From the NCBI GenBank assembly GCA_050305135.1, contig JBNLET010000242.1:1-46300 (forward strand): a DNA stretch of 46,300 nt. The letters are read 5' to 3'. Below are positions 33,042-42,700 of this stretch, piece by piece. Position 1 is the first letter of the stretch. Every line of letters starts with the position of its first letter. The translations under genes and the position numbers were made by a program. Source of the DNA: Rhodocyclaceae bacterium (lineage in GTDB: Bacteria > Pseudomonadota > Gammaproteobacteria > Burkholderiales > Rhodocyclaceae). The notes beneath the pieces are model-generated. The model saw nothing but the letters and a program-made list of their open reading frames with translations, was not told where the DNA came from and ran no database searches.

Positions 33042-34665
33042 CTCATCGCCGTCGCCGCCGTCGGCATTGCGCAAGGCGCTGGCCGGCGGAGCGCGCGCGA
33101 TGCAGCCCATCCTGCTGGCATCCGGCTTGCGCACGCATCTGACGATCAGCGCAATCTTCCTGCTGCTGTTCGCATCCTTCGTCTTTTCGCTCGGCCGCTA
33201 CTGGCAAGGCACGCTGGAACCGCGGCTCCACCTCACCGCCGAGACCCAGGCCAGGATCCTCGCCCAGTCACAGGCGGCCGCGCTGGTCGAGGCGATCGAG
33301 CACGGCCGGTCCGATCGGCTGCGGGAGCGGCTGTTCGATCTGATGCAGGAGATCCTGATCGTCGAGGATCCCGCCACCGGCGGGCGCATCGTGCTCGGGC
33401 TGGGCCTGCAGATGGACTACGAGTCGGTGCCCGTGGCGCGGGGCTCGGTGGATCTGCATGAGGGCATCAGTCGCTGCGGGCGCTGCTTCAAGGCCTCGAT
33501 ACCGCTGATCGGGCAGAGCGGCCAGTTGCTCGGCGTGGCGGACTTCCTGCTCAGTCCGCGCTACTTCGACACGCTGGCCGCCGAAATGCGCTCCAAGCTG
33601 ATCGCCGAATCGAGCATCGCGATGCTGCTGATGGTGGTGGTGTGGATCACGATGCTGGTGATGTTCCATCGGCTGCACAAGGCCAAGAAGGCGATCGAGG
33701 CCTCCGACCGGGCGAAGACCCGCTTCATGGCCAACGTGACGCACGAACTGCGCACGCCGCTCAATGCCATCCTCGGCTACACCCAGCTCTACAAGCAGGA
33801 TCGGGACCTGATGGCCAGCCACGGCCAGGGCATATCGTCCATCGACCGCAGCGCCGAGCACCTGCTGCTGATGATCAACGACATCCTCGACTTCTCGCGC
33901 ATGGGCGAGGACAACCTGGTGCTGCATCCGAGCGAGGTCGCGCTGGCCGGCTTCCTGTCCACGCTGGTCGAAATGACCGAGGTGCGGGCACGGCTGAAAG
34001 GCATTCGGCTGGAGCGCCGATTCGAGCCGGCGCTGCCGGCCGTCGTCCAGTTGGACGACAAGCGTCTGCGGCAGGTCTTGCTGAACCTGCTCGGCAATGC
34101 GGTCAAGTTCACCGAACGAGGCTGCGTGATCTTCGCGGTCGAGCGGCTCGACAAGCGGGGCGGCAAGACCGCTCGGCTGCGTTTCAGCATCCGCGACAGC
34201 GGCATCGGTATCGGCAGGGAGGAACTCGACAGCATCTTCATCGCGTTCCGGCAGCTGGACAATTCGATCACCCGCGCAGAGGGGTCGGGCCTGGGGCTGA
34301 CGATCAGCCAGCAACTGGTCGGGCTGATGGGATCCCAGCTCAGGGTCGAAAGCGAGCCGGGCGTCGGCAGCCACTTCTGGTTCGACATCGTGGTGCCGCT
34401 GCTGGCCGAGGCGGCGCAGCCCGAGGCACTGCCGTCCGGGCCCGAGCCGCCCGCCGGGCCCGGTCTTCGCCTGCCGCCCGCCGGCTATCTGGAGTCCCTC
34501 GCCGAGCAGGTCGGCCGCCACAACGTGCTGGCGGTCCGATCGCTGCTGGGCGAGCTGGAAGATCGGCCGGAATACCGCGAATTCCTGGCCTACGTGCAGC
34601 CCTTCGTGCGCAGCTACCGCTTCCGCCATCTGCTCGACTGGCTGGAGCGGGAAGCGAAGCAGTAA
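33022..34665 (+). CDS. membrane sensor histidine kinase (2 TM + periplasmic sensor, HisKA, HATPase_c)
   Basis: 547 aa. The H-box is FMANVTHELRTPLNAILGY, and the N, G1 and G2 boxes are LLNLLGNAVKF, DSGIGI and GSGLGL. The start at 33022 overlaps the upstream gene by 20 nt; an alternative ATG is at 33100. Confidence 0.8.
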   Translation: MATGTTSSSPSPPSALRKALAGGARAMQPILLASGLRTHLTISAIFLLLFASFVFSLGRYWQGTLEPRLHLTAETQARILAQSQAAALVEAIEHGRSDRLRERLFDLMQEILIVEDPATGGRIVLGLGLQMDYESVPVARGSVDLHEGISRCGRCFKASIPLIGQSGQLLGVADFLLSPRYFDTLAAEMRSKLIAESSIAMLLMVVVWITMLVMFHRLHKAKKAIEASDRAKTRFMANVTHELRTPLNAILGYTQLYKQDRDLMASHGQGISSIDRSAEHLLLMINDILDFSRMGEDNLVLHPSEVALAGFLSTLVEMTEVRARLKGIRLERRFEPALPAVVQLDDKRLRQVLLNLLGNAVKFTERGCVIFAVERLDKRGGKTARLRFSIRDSGIGIGREELDSIFIAFRQLDNSITRAEGSGLGLTISQQLVGLMGSQLRVESEPGVGSHFWFDIVVPLLAEAAQPEALPSGPEPPAGPGLRLPPAGYLESLAEQVGRHNVLAVRSLLGELEDRPEYREFLAYVQPFVRSYRFRHLLDWLEREAKQ

Positions 34666-34793
34666 AGCGGCCCGCGGATCGCAGCCGTTCCGACGGCGAT
34701 CGGCGGCGGGAGCGGCGACGTCGAGACGCCGAAGCGGCCATCGGCATCTTGCCGACAGGCCACCAGCCGTTGCCATGATGAAATTCGGATCCG

Positions 34794-34824
34794 TGACATA
34801 AAATGTCTTGACATTATATGTCAC
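34794..34824. promoter_or_regulatory. perfect palindrome GTGACATAAAATGTC-TTGACATTATATGTCAC overlapping -35 (TTGACA)/-10-like elements of the PspA-flotillin operon promoter; candidate operator
   Basis: Read directly from the sequence, about 60 bp upstream of the ATG at 34884. It is the only AT-rich patch in an otherwise GC-rich intergenic region. The 8-bp arms GTGACATA/TATGTCAC flank an internal ATGTC/GACAT. Confidence 0.4.
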
Positions 34825-34883
34825 AGCGTCTAGCCTCGAATCATGCAATTCGGGTCATCTCACCGCATACGCAAGGAGATCAC

Positions 34884-35300
34884 ATGAAGCAACTACAACA
34901 GCAGTTGCGCGGCATCGACGACGCGGTGTCGTCGGTCATGGGAGGGCTGTCGGTACAACTGCATCCGATACCCGGCGACGTGCCCGTGCTGCAGCTCAGC
35001 ATCGAGGGGCGCGACGAGCTGCCGGTGTTCGTGACGAGTTCCGACGCCCAGGTTCTGTGCATGTGCTTCCTGTGGCGCGATGACGAGGTCGATGCCGCGA
35101 AGCGCCTCGGCCTGCTCGAAACCATGCTCGAGCTGAACCCGTCGATTCCGCTGTCTTCGTTCGGCAAGGTGGGCGACCAGTTCGTGCTGTTCGGTGCGCT
35201 CAGCCGCAGTTCCGGTCTGGCCGACATCGCCGCCGATGTTGCCGCCCTCAGCGACAACGCGCTGGACGCCCTCGGCGCTTTGGCCGAATACCTCAACTAA
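34884..35300 (+). CDS. YjfI-like (DUF2170) small cytoplasmic protein, first gene of the operon (tentative family assignment)
   Basis: 138 aa from the ATG at 34884 with a good AAGGAGA RBS. The size and position, immediately upstream of a PspA-family gene, match the E. coli yjfI-yjfJ arrangement. Confidence 0.5.
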   Translation: MKQLQQQLRGIDDAVSSVMGGLSVQLHPIPGDVPVLQLSIEGRDELPVFVTSSDAQVLCMCFLWRDDEVDAAKRLGLLETMLELNPSIPLSSFGKVGDQFVLFGALSRSSGLADIAADVAALSDNALDALGALAEYLN

Positions 35301-35312
35301 CGGGAGCCCGGA

Positions 35313-36029
35313 ATGTCCGTCATCAACAAGATCGTCACGCTGCTGCGCGGGTCCATCCGCGAGATCGGCGAAAGCATCGTCGACAACAACGCCGACAGGA
35401 TCTACGAACAGGAGATCCTGGACGGCAAGAACAGCATCGACCAGGCCAAGAAGGACCTGGCCGGTGTCGTCGCCAAGGAAATGCAGAGCGCTCGCGAGAT
35501 GGATCGTCTGCAGGGCGAGATCGAGCGCTACGAAGGCACGGCGGTGGAGGCGCTGGGCAAGGGGCAGGAGGCGCTGGCCGAGGAGGTGGCGGGACGGGTC
35601 GCCGAGCTGGAGGCCGAACTCGAAGTGCAGACCCGCGCCCACGCCAACTTCGCGCTCCAGGTCGGCCAGTTGAAGGACCTGATCAAGAGCGCCGAGGCCA
35701 AGGTGCGGGAGCACGAGCGGGAGATCGCAGCGGTGCGCGCGACCGAAAGCGTCTACAAGGCGAGCCAGTCGATTTCGGACAGCATCGTCAGTTCGGGCTC
35801 CAGGCTGGGATCGGCGCGGGAGTCGCTGGAGCGGATCAAGAAGCGCCACGAGGATTTCGCCGACCGTCTTGCGGCGGCGGAAAGACTCGACGCCGAACTG
35901 GGCGAAAAGGCGCTCGACGCCAAGCTCGATGCCGCGGGAATCGGCGCCGACGCGGAGCGCCGAAGTCGCGTGCTGGCGCGCATCAAGGCGCGGCAGGAAG
36001 CGGCCCGGGGCGGCAGCGAAAAGGCATGA
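35313..36029 (+). CDS. PspA/IM30 (Vipp1/YjfJ) family protein, ESCRT-III-like coiled-coil
   Basis: 238 aa. The PspA-like N-terminus is MSVINKIVTLLRGSIREIGESIVD…YEQEI…, and the long heptad coiled coil matches the PspA_IM30 architecture. Confidence 0.8.
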   Translation: MSVINKIVTLLRGSIREIGESIVDNNADRIYEQEILDGKNSIDQAKKDLAGVVAKEMQSAREMDRLQGEIERYEGTAVEALGKGQEALAEEVAGRVAELEAELEVQTRAHANFALQVGQLKDLIKSAEAKVREHEREIAAVRATESVYKASQSISDSIVSSGSRLGSARESLERIKKRHEDFADRLAAAERLDAELGEKALDAKLDAAGIGADAERRSRVLARIKARQEAARGGSEKA

Positions 36030-36355
36030 GCCTGGGCCGCAAGCCGGCGCGCTGGCAGAGCTCGGATCGCGCCATCAAAGCCGTGCAGATCGCCTTCGAC
36101 GTGGAGCAGAACGTACTCGACGCGGTACGCCGCTCGGCCTTCGAAAACGATCGCTCGACGCCGGACGAGATCCGTCATCTGCTCGGCCTGCCGATATCCG
36201 GCCGGCCCAAGCGCCCGCGCCTGACCGTTTCGCTGACGCCCGACGACTACGACCTGCTGGCCCGTCGCTATGGTCTCGATGCCGCGGACCGCCTCGGCAT
36301 CAAGGAGCAGGTGACGCGGGAACTGATCGCGTTCGCCGCCGCCCGCGACCAATGA
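36026..36355 (+). CDS. small hypothetical protein with two ribbon-helix-helix-like segments
   Basis: 109 aa with an ATGA overlap to the upstream gene. KRPRLTVSLTPDDYDLLARRYG resembles a CopG/ParD-type RHH beta-strand plus helix, and AIKAVQIAFDVEQNVLDAVRRSA is a second similar unit. Confidence 0.45.
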   Translation: MSLGRKPARWQSSDRAIKAVQIAFDVEQNVLDAVRRSAFENDRSTPDEIRHLLGLPISGRPKRPRLTVSLTPDDYDLLARRYGLDAADRLGIKEQVTRELIAFAAARDQ

Positions 36356-36415
36356 GGCCGATGCTATTGTCCTGTAACGATCGCTTTGTCCGGATGTCTT
36401 GCCTGGGATGTGAAC

Positions 36416-37063
36416 ATGATCGGCTTTTATGACGCAGCCACGAGTTTTCCGACCGCGCTGCTGACCGTATTGCTCGCGGCAGTACTGGGCTATTGGCTGC
36501 TGGCCATCGTCGGGCTGGTCGAATTCGACGACGGCGGGCTGTCGCTCGACATGGACGTGGAGATGGACGGCGTCGAGCTGGGCGCGGTGGCGAGCTACCT
36601 GGTGGCGTTCGGTCTGAGCGGTGTGCCGATCTCGGTGGTCGTGACGCTGATCGTGCTGCTCGCATGGACGCTGTGCTGCCTGGCCGCGATGTGGCTGCTG
36701 CCGCTGCTGCCGGGTTCGGTGCCGGGCGCGCTCGGCGGAATCGCCGCCCTGGTGGTGTCGCTCGCTGCCGCGCTGCCGGTGACGGCGGCGGTGCTCCGAC
36801 CGATGCGTGGCCTGTTCGTCACCCATGCTGCGCGCTCGAACGCCAGCCTGATCGGCGAGTCCTGCAAGATCCTCACCCGCAGCGTCGATGCCGGCTTCGG
36901 CCGGGCCGAGGTCAGTACGCGCGGCGCCAGCCTGAACATCAAGGTATGGGCGCAGGCACCGAATGCGCTGAGACGCGGCAGCGTGGCGCGAATTCTCGAC
37001 TACGACGCTGCGAGCGGCCGCTACCAGGTCGTCCCGGAAGACGTCATCGGGGCTGAAAAATAA
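36416..37063 (+). CDS. YqiJ/NfeD-like inner-membrane protein (multi-TM N-domain + C-terminal OB-fold beta-domain), the usual flotillin partner
   Basis: About 215 aa, with an alternative upstream ATG at 36386. It has 4 predicted TM helices, then …GESCKILTRSVDAGFGRAEVSTRGASLNIKVWA…GSVARILDYD…YQVVP…, typical of the NfeD C-terminal domain. It sits directly upstream of the flotillin gene, as in yqiJK/yuaFG. Confidence 0.65.
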   Translation: MIGFYDAATSFPTALLTVLLAAVLGYWLLAIVGLVEFDDGGLSLDMDVEMDGVELGAVASYLVAFGLSGVPISVVVTLIVLLAWTLCCLAAMWLLPLLPGSVPGALGGIAALVVSLAAALPVTAAVLRPMRGLFVTHAARSNASLIGESCKILTRSVDAGFGRAEVSTRGASLNIKVWAQAPNALRRGSVARILDYDAASGRYQVVPEDVIGAEK

Positions 37064-37114
37064 TCGAACGACAACGGCCGGCACGGTCCGGCTTCGACTG
37101 AGCAAGGGGAATCC

Positions 37115-39226
37115 ATGGAACCGATCTACGTCGCAGTGGGCATTCTCGCCCTGCTGGTACTGATCCTGTTCGCCGCGTTCGCGAAGTTCTACCGCAAGGT
37201 GGAGCAGGGCTACGCGATGATCGTCAACACCTTGCGCTCCGAGCCCGAGGTGACGTTCACGGGTCGGATGGTCTATCCGATCATCCACAAGGCCGAGCTG
37301 ATGGACATCGCGCTGAAGACGATCGAGATCGATCGCACCGGCAACGAGGGCCTGATCTGTCGCGACAACATCCGCGCCGACATCAAGGTGAAGTTCTTCG
37401 TGCGCGTGAACAAGACCGCCGAGGACGTGCTCAAGGTGGCCCAGGGCATCGGCTGCGACCGGGCATCCAACCACGACACGCTGGAAGAGCTCTTCTCGGC
37501 GAAGTTTTCCGAAGCGCTCAAGACGGTCGGCAAGGCGATGGATTTCGTCGACCTGTACCAGGCCCGCGACCGGTTCCGCGACGAGATCATTCGCCAGATC
37601 GGCGACGACCTGTCCGGTTACGTGCTGGAAGACGCTGCGATCGACTTTCTCGAGCAGACGCCGCTGGCCAAGCTCGACCCGGACAACATCCTCGACGCCC
37701 AGGGCATCAAGAAGATCACCGAGCTGACCGCGGTCGAGCACGTGCGCACCAACGACCTGCGCCGCGACGAGGAAATGCAGATCAAGAAGAAAGACGTCGA
37801 GACGCGCGAGGCGATGCTCGAACTCGAACGCCAGCAGGCCGACGCCGAGGCCAGGCAGCAGCGCGAGGTGGCCTCGGTGCGGGCGCGCGAGATGGCCGAG
37901 ACGGCGCGGGTCGAGTCGGAGGAGCACGCCCGTTCCGAACTGGCCCGGCTGGAGGCCGAGCAATCGATCGCCGTGCAGCAGGAGAACACCCAGCGCGAAA
38001 AGGAGGTGGCCGAGAAGAACCGCCAGCGCGCGATCGCCATCGAGGAGGAGAAGGTGACCCGGGCGCGCGATCTCGAAATCGTCGATCGCGAGAAGGAAGT
38101 GACGCTGCAGCGTATCGAGAAGGACAAGGCGGTCGAGCTGCAGAAGAAGCACATCGCCGACGTGGTGCGCGAGCGCATCGTCGTCGAGCGCACCGTGGCG
38201 GAACAGGAAGAGGCCATCAAGGAGCTGCGCACGGTGGCCGAGGCCGAGCGCACGCGCAAGGCCACGGTGGTGATGGCGGAAGGCCAGGCGGAAGAGAAGC
38301 TGGTCATCGAGGTCAAGGCCGCCGAGGCGCAGGAACGGCGAGCCCACCACCGCGCGACCGAGGAGCTGACGCTGGCCGAGGCCCGGCTCAAGGTGGCCGA
38401 GAAGGAGGCCGACGCCAAGAAACGCGAGGCCGAGGGCATCGAGGCGCTGGAGGCGGCCGCCGGCCTGGCCCAGGCCAAGGTCATGATGGTCAATGCCGAT
38501 GCCAGCGAGAAGCAGGGGCTGGCCGACGCCAAGGTGAAGATCGCCGAATCCGAGGCGGTCGAGAAGTACGGCCTGGCCGAAGCCGAAGCGCTGCGCGCCC
38601 GGCTGGAGGCCGAAGCGGAGGGCAAGCGCAAGCTCGGACTGGCCGAGGTCGAGGTGCGTACGGCGGATGCCGAGGCCATCGTCGAGTCCGGCATGGCCGA
38701 GGCGAAGGTCGTCGAGGCACGCTTCGCGGCTGAAGCCAACGGGCTGCGCGAGAAGTTCGGCGCCATGTCCGCGATGACCGATGCGACCCGGGCGCACGAG
38801 GAGTTCCGCATGCAGTTGGACAAGTCGCACATCGAGACGCTGAAGGGCATCGACGCGCAGACCGGCATTGCGCGCGAACAGGCCGAGGTGCTGGGCAAGG
38901 CGCTGGGCAATGCGCACATCGACATCGTCGGCGGCGAAGGCGACTACTTCGAACGCTTCGTCAATGCGCTGGCGGTCGGCAAGGGCATCGACGGCGCGAT
39001 CCACAAGAGCGATACGCTGCAGATCGCCTTGAAGGACCATCTGAACGGCGATCGCGACTTGGTCGGCGACGTCAGGGACCTGGTCGGCGCGCTCGGCCAA
39101 TCGTCGGACGAATTGCAGAACCTGAGCGTCGCTGCGCTGGTGGCGCGCATTGCGCGGGACGGCACCGAGCAGCAGAAGAGTGCATTGAGCACGTTGATTG
39201 GCGGCCTCGGCAAAGGATTGCAGTGA
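37115..39226 (+). CDS. flotillin-family SPFH/Band-7 protein (YqiK/FloT-like), unusually long (703 aa) with extended EA-rich coiled coil
   Basis: It has an N-terminal TM/hairpin (IYVAVGILALLVLILFAAFA). The SPFH domain runs through about aa 200. After it comes roughly 400 aa of flotillin-type AEAE/coiled-coil repeats (…AEAEALRARLEAEAEGKRKLGLAEVEV…). A GGGGA RBS precedes the start. Confidence 0.85.
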   Translation: MEPIYVAVGILALLVLILFAAFAKFYRKVEQGYAMIVNTLRSEPEVTFTGRMVYPIIHKAELMDIALKTIEIDRTGNEGLICRDNIRADIKVKFFVRVNKTAEDVLKVAQGIGCDRASNHDTLEELFSAKFSEALKTVGKAMDFVDLYQARDRFRDEIIRQIGDDLSGYVLEDAAIDFLEQTPLAKLDPDNILDAQGIKKITELTAVEHVRTNDLRRDEEMQIKKKDVETREAMLELERQQADAEARQQREVASVRAREMAETARVESEEHARSELARLEAEQSIAVQQENTQREKEVAEKNRQRAIAIEEEKVTRARDLEIVDREKEVTLQRIEKDKAVELQKKHIADVVRERIVVERTVAEQEEAIKELRTVAEAERTRKATVVMAEGQAEEKLVIEVKAAEAQERRAHHRATEELTLAEARLKVAEKEADAKKREAEGIEALEAAAGLAQAKVMMVNADASEKQGLADAKVKIAESEAVEKYGLAEAEALRARLEAEAEGKRKLGLAEVEVRTADAEAIVESGMAEAKVVEARFAAEANGLREKFGAMSAMTDATRAHEEFRMQLDKSHIETLKGIDAQTGIAREQAEVLGKALGNAHIDIVGGEGDYFERFVNALAVGKGIDGAIHKSDTLQIALKDHLNGDRDLVGDVRDLVGALGQSSDELQNLSVAALVARIARDGTEQQKSALSTLIGGLGKGLQ

Positions 39227-39795
39227 GCCAGGCAAGAACCCCGCAGCGCTGTCCGGGCTGCCGCGGCGGCGACTGGTCGCATGCCCGCCTGGCCGAGCAC
39301 TTGGCGGCCTGGCGCTGCGGCGCCTGTGGCGGGCACTTGCTGTCGCTGGCGGACTATCGGCGCTGGCGCAGCGTACATCCAGCCGAGCCCGCGCTGGGCG
39401 AAGCGGAGGCTGCGCAGGGAGGCGATGCGCAATCCGACGCGGCACGGCTGTGCCCGGCTTGCGGCCGGATCATGAGTCGGCTGCGCGGCGGCAGCGATCC
39501 GGCGTTCGTGCTGGACCGCTGCAACGCTTGCCAGTGGCTTTGGCTGGACGCCGGCGAATGGCGACGGCTGCAGGGCAACGAACTGCACCGGCAGCTCGAC
39601 CGCGTGCTGAGCGACGGTTGGCAGCGGCGGCTCGAGGCCGACGACCGGGCCGCTCGAAGGGAGGACGACCTGCGCCGCCGGCTCGGCGACGAGGTCTTCG
39701 ACGAGGCGCTGCGCATCCGGGCCTGGCTCGAGCGCCTGCCGAGGCGGCAAGAGGTGTTGCGCCTGTTGGGCGGCGCGCCCCAGGACGGCGACTGA
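39223..39795 (+). CDS. double zinc-ribbon protein (two CxxC-N18-20-CxxC modules) with Arg/Glu-rich C-terminal helix
   Basis: 190 aa from a GTG overlapping the flotillin stop. The cysteine pairs are CPGC…CGAC and CPAC…CNAC. Its stop abuts the ATG of the giant gene (TGAATGATG). Confidence 0.5.
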   Translation: MSQARTPQRCPGCRGGDWSHARLAEHLAAWRCGACGGHLLSLADYRRWRSVHPAEPALGEAEAAQGGDAQSDAARLCPACGRIMSRLRGGSDPAFVLDRCNACQWLWLDAGEWRRLQGNELHRQLDRVLSDGWQRRLEADDRAARREDDLRRRLGDEVFDEALRIRAWLERLPRRQEVLRLLGGAPQDGD

Positions 39796-42700
39796 ATGAT
39801 GGCCGAACGCAACAGCGCCGAAGACACGCCGGCCGGCGACAGCGCCAGCTACGAACTGCTCCGCGAGCGTCTGCGCAGGCAGGCCGAGCGGCTCGCGGCC
39901 AAGACCGCTGCGCTCAACGAAGCGCGCCTGGGCACCTTCGGCCGCTCGGAAATGGAGCTCCTGGCGCGGCTCAAGGCGCGCACCGACAACAACTGCGTCG
40001 CGCGCGACATCGTGCGCATCGGCGATCTGCTGCTGTTCGGCTACAACGTCTTCGTCGGACTGCGGCAGGAAATCCGCGCCGAGGACGTCTTCGCGCTGTT
40101 CCGTCTCGAGCAGACCGCCGCCGGCACCACACTCGAGGCGGTGCCGCTGCAGGGGAGTCTCTTGGCCGAGGGGCGCTTTGCGGCCGACTTCCGCGAACTC
40201 TATACGTACTACAAGCATGCCAGCCTGACGCAGTTGCGAGTGGCCGGCGAGACGCTGCTGGCCGCCTTCCGGATCGGCCAGAAGCTGCAGGATCTGCGCG
40301 TCTTCCGCTGGCGCATCGAGGCCGACGGCAGTGTCCGCTACATCGACAACCGGGGCGAGCGCGACATCGCGCTGCCGGCCTCGCACGATTTCGAATGGAC
40401 CGCGCTGAGCAGGGCCGATCACGTCGGCGGCAAGCACCCGCACGTGAACATCCTCGACACCGTCTTCGTCGAGACCGTCGGCGGCGATCTGACGGTCAAG
40501 ATCGAGAACAACACCGAGAGCGGGCTCGGCATCTTCAGCGAACCGGTGGACGACCGCAACCAGTCGCTGGCCGACGCCGACTTCGCCTACGCCCGGCTCG
40601 GCTCGCTGATCCTGATCAAGGTCCGCCCGTACCGGGAAAAGCAGGACCGCTACCTGGTGTTCAATTCGATCACCAGCCAGGTGCTGCGCGTCGACGCCAT
40701 CGGCCGTTCCTGCGTCCAGTTGCCCGAGGACCACGGCATCATCTTCCCGGGCGGCTACTACCTGCAGTCGGGCGAGTCGAAGCGCTTCGAGCTGCCCGGC
40801 CAACTGGCCGAAGGTTTGCTGTTCAAGCGCATGCTGCGCTCGCCCAACGGCGAGGACGTGCTGTACGTCTTCTACCAGCCGGAAGAGGGCCACTACGCGC
40901 TGTTCGCCTACAACCTGATCGAAAAACGCCTCGCCGCGCCGATCGTCTCGAACGGCTATGCGCGCTTAGAGGACGGCCGCATCCTGGTCATGCAGGCGGA
41001 AGGCGCGGAGGCCTCGCGCCAGCACCCGATGCAACTGTGGCATACGCCGTTCTTCAGCGACGAACATGCGGCGCGAACGCCGGCGGCCGAGGACTTCTTC
41101 GGCCGGATCGGCAATGCGGACCTGGTGCGGGGGATTTCCGAGCTGCATGCGGTTGCCAGGGCGGCCGCCACCGGCAGTCCGACCCGTGCCTCGTACGAGG
41201 CACTGATCCGCCAGGCGATGCGCTGCCTCGATGGGTACTTCTGGCTGGCCGAGCCCGAGACCGGCGGCGTCGCCGAAGAATTGCGCGGCATTCTCGCCAG
41301 TGCGCGCGCGACGCTGGACGAGTTCGACAAGGTCGAATCGATCCGACGCAACAGCGAACAGGCGTTGTCGCGCAGCGAGCAGAAGCAGCGCGAACTGCTG
41401 TCGTCCATCGCCGGCATGCTGTGGAAGACCCCCACCGATTTCGTGCAGGCCCTCGCGAGCCTGCGAGAACAGCGCGGCCATCTGCACGGCCTGCGCGATC
41501 TGCGCTACGTGGACGCCGGGCGGGTCGAATCGATGGATGCCGCGCTGGCCAGCGAGGAAGCGCGGATCGGCACTCGGGCGGTGGCCTTCCTGGCGGACGA
41601 GCATGCCTTCGACGGCCAGGGCAGGGAGCTCGAACGCCTCGCCCAGGCGCTGCCGGCCAGCGAAACGAGCGAGGCGATCGATGCATTGGTGAGCGAGCTC
41701 GACGCGCTGGCGGCCGGCTTCGACCTGCTGACCGAACACCTCGGCAGCCTCACCGGCGGCGACGCTGTCGTGCGTACCCGCATCCTGGATCGGATCGCCG
41801 CCGTCTATGCCGAACTCAACCGGACACGGGCCCAGGCGCGGCAGCGGCGCAGCGGCCTGGGGGCGAGCGAGGCCGCGGCCGAGTTCGGCGCCCAGTTCAA
41901 GCTCTTCGGCCAGGCCGTCGACAATGCGCTGGAACTGGCCGATACGCCCGAGAAATGCGACGAATTCCTGACCCGTCTGCTGGCGCAACTGGAGGAGATC
42001 GAAGGCCGCTTTGCCGAGCACGAGCGCTTCCTCGACGACGTCGCAGGCAAGCGCGAAAGCGTCTACGAGGCCTTGTCGAGCCGCCGCCAATCGCTGCTCG
42101 AAGCGCGCCAGCGGCGCAGTCAGGCGCTTGCCGAAGCGGGCCGGAGAATCCTGCAGGGCATTCCACGGCGGCTGGCCAAGCTCGCCGACGCCGACGCGGT
42201 GCATGCCTACTTCGCGTCCGACGTTCTGATCGCCAAACTCAGGCAGCAGATCGAGTCGATCCGCGAACTCGGCGCCGCGGTGCTGGCCGACGAGCTCGCG
42301 ACCCAGCTCAAGACCGCCCGCGACCAGGCGATCGGTGCCGTGCGCGACCGCAGCGAGCTGCTCTCCGCCGACGGCAACACGCTGCGCTTCGGCAAACACG
42401 CGTTCACGATCAATGCGCAGCCGCTCGACCTGACCCTGGTGCCGCGGGACGGGAGCCTGAGCTACCACCTCAACGGAACCGACTACTTCTCACCGGTGCG
42501 CGACGCCAGGCTCGACACCTTGGGCCCGTTCCTGTCCCAGGCACTGCTGTCCGAAACGCCTGAGCTGTATCGGGCCGAATATCTGGCCGGCGCGCTGCTG
42601 AGCGAATGCATCGCCGGCCAGGGACCGATCGAGTGCGAGCTGCTGCAGAAGCATTGCCTGGAAGGCGAAGCCGGCCTCGAGAAGATGCTGGCCGTGGTGC

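Noticed and set aside
34741-34780. Possible sigma-54 promoter (TGGCCACCAGCCGTTGCC) upstream of the PspA-flotillin operon
   Set aside because: The GG and GC elements are 14 bp apart instead of 12, so it does not fit the -24/-12 geometry. A sigma-70-like TTGACA within the palindrome is the better candidate.
35753-39445. 1230-aa minus-strand ORF antisense to pspA/nfeD/flotillin genes
   Set aside because: It is low-complexity and Arg/Ala/Gly-rich, antisense to genes with clear family signatures. This is a typical stop-codon-poor antisense frame in GC-rich DNA.
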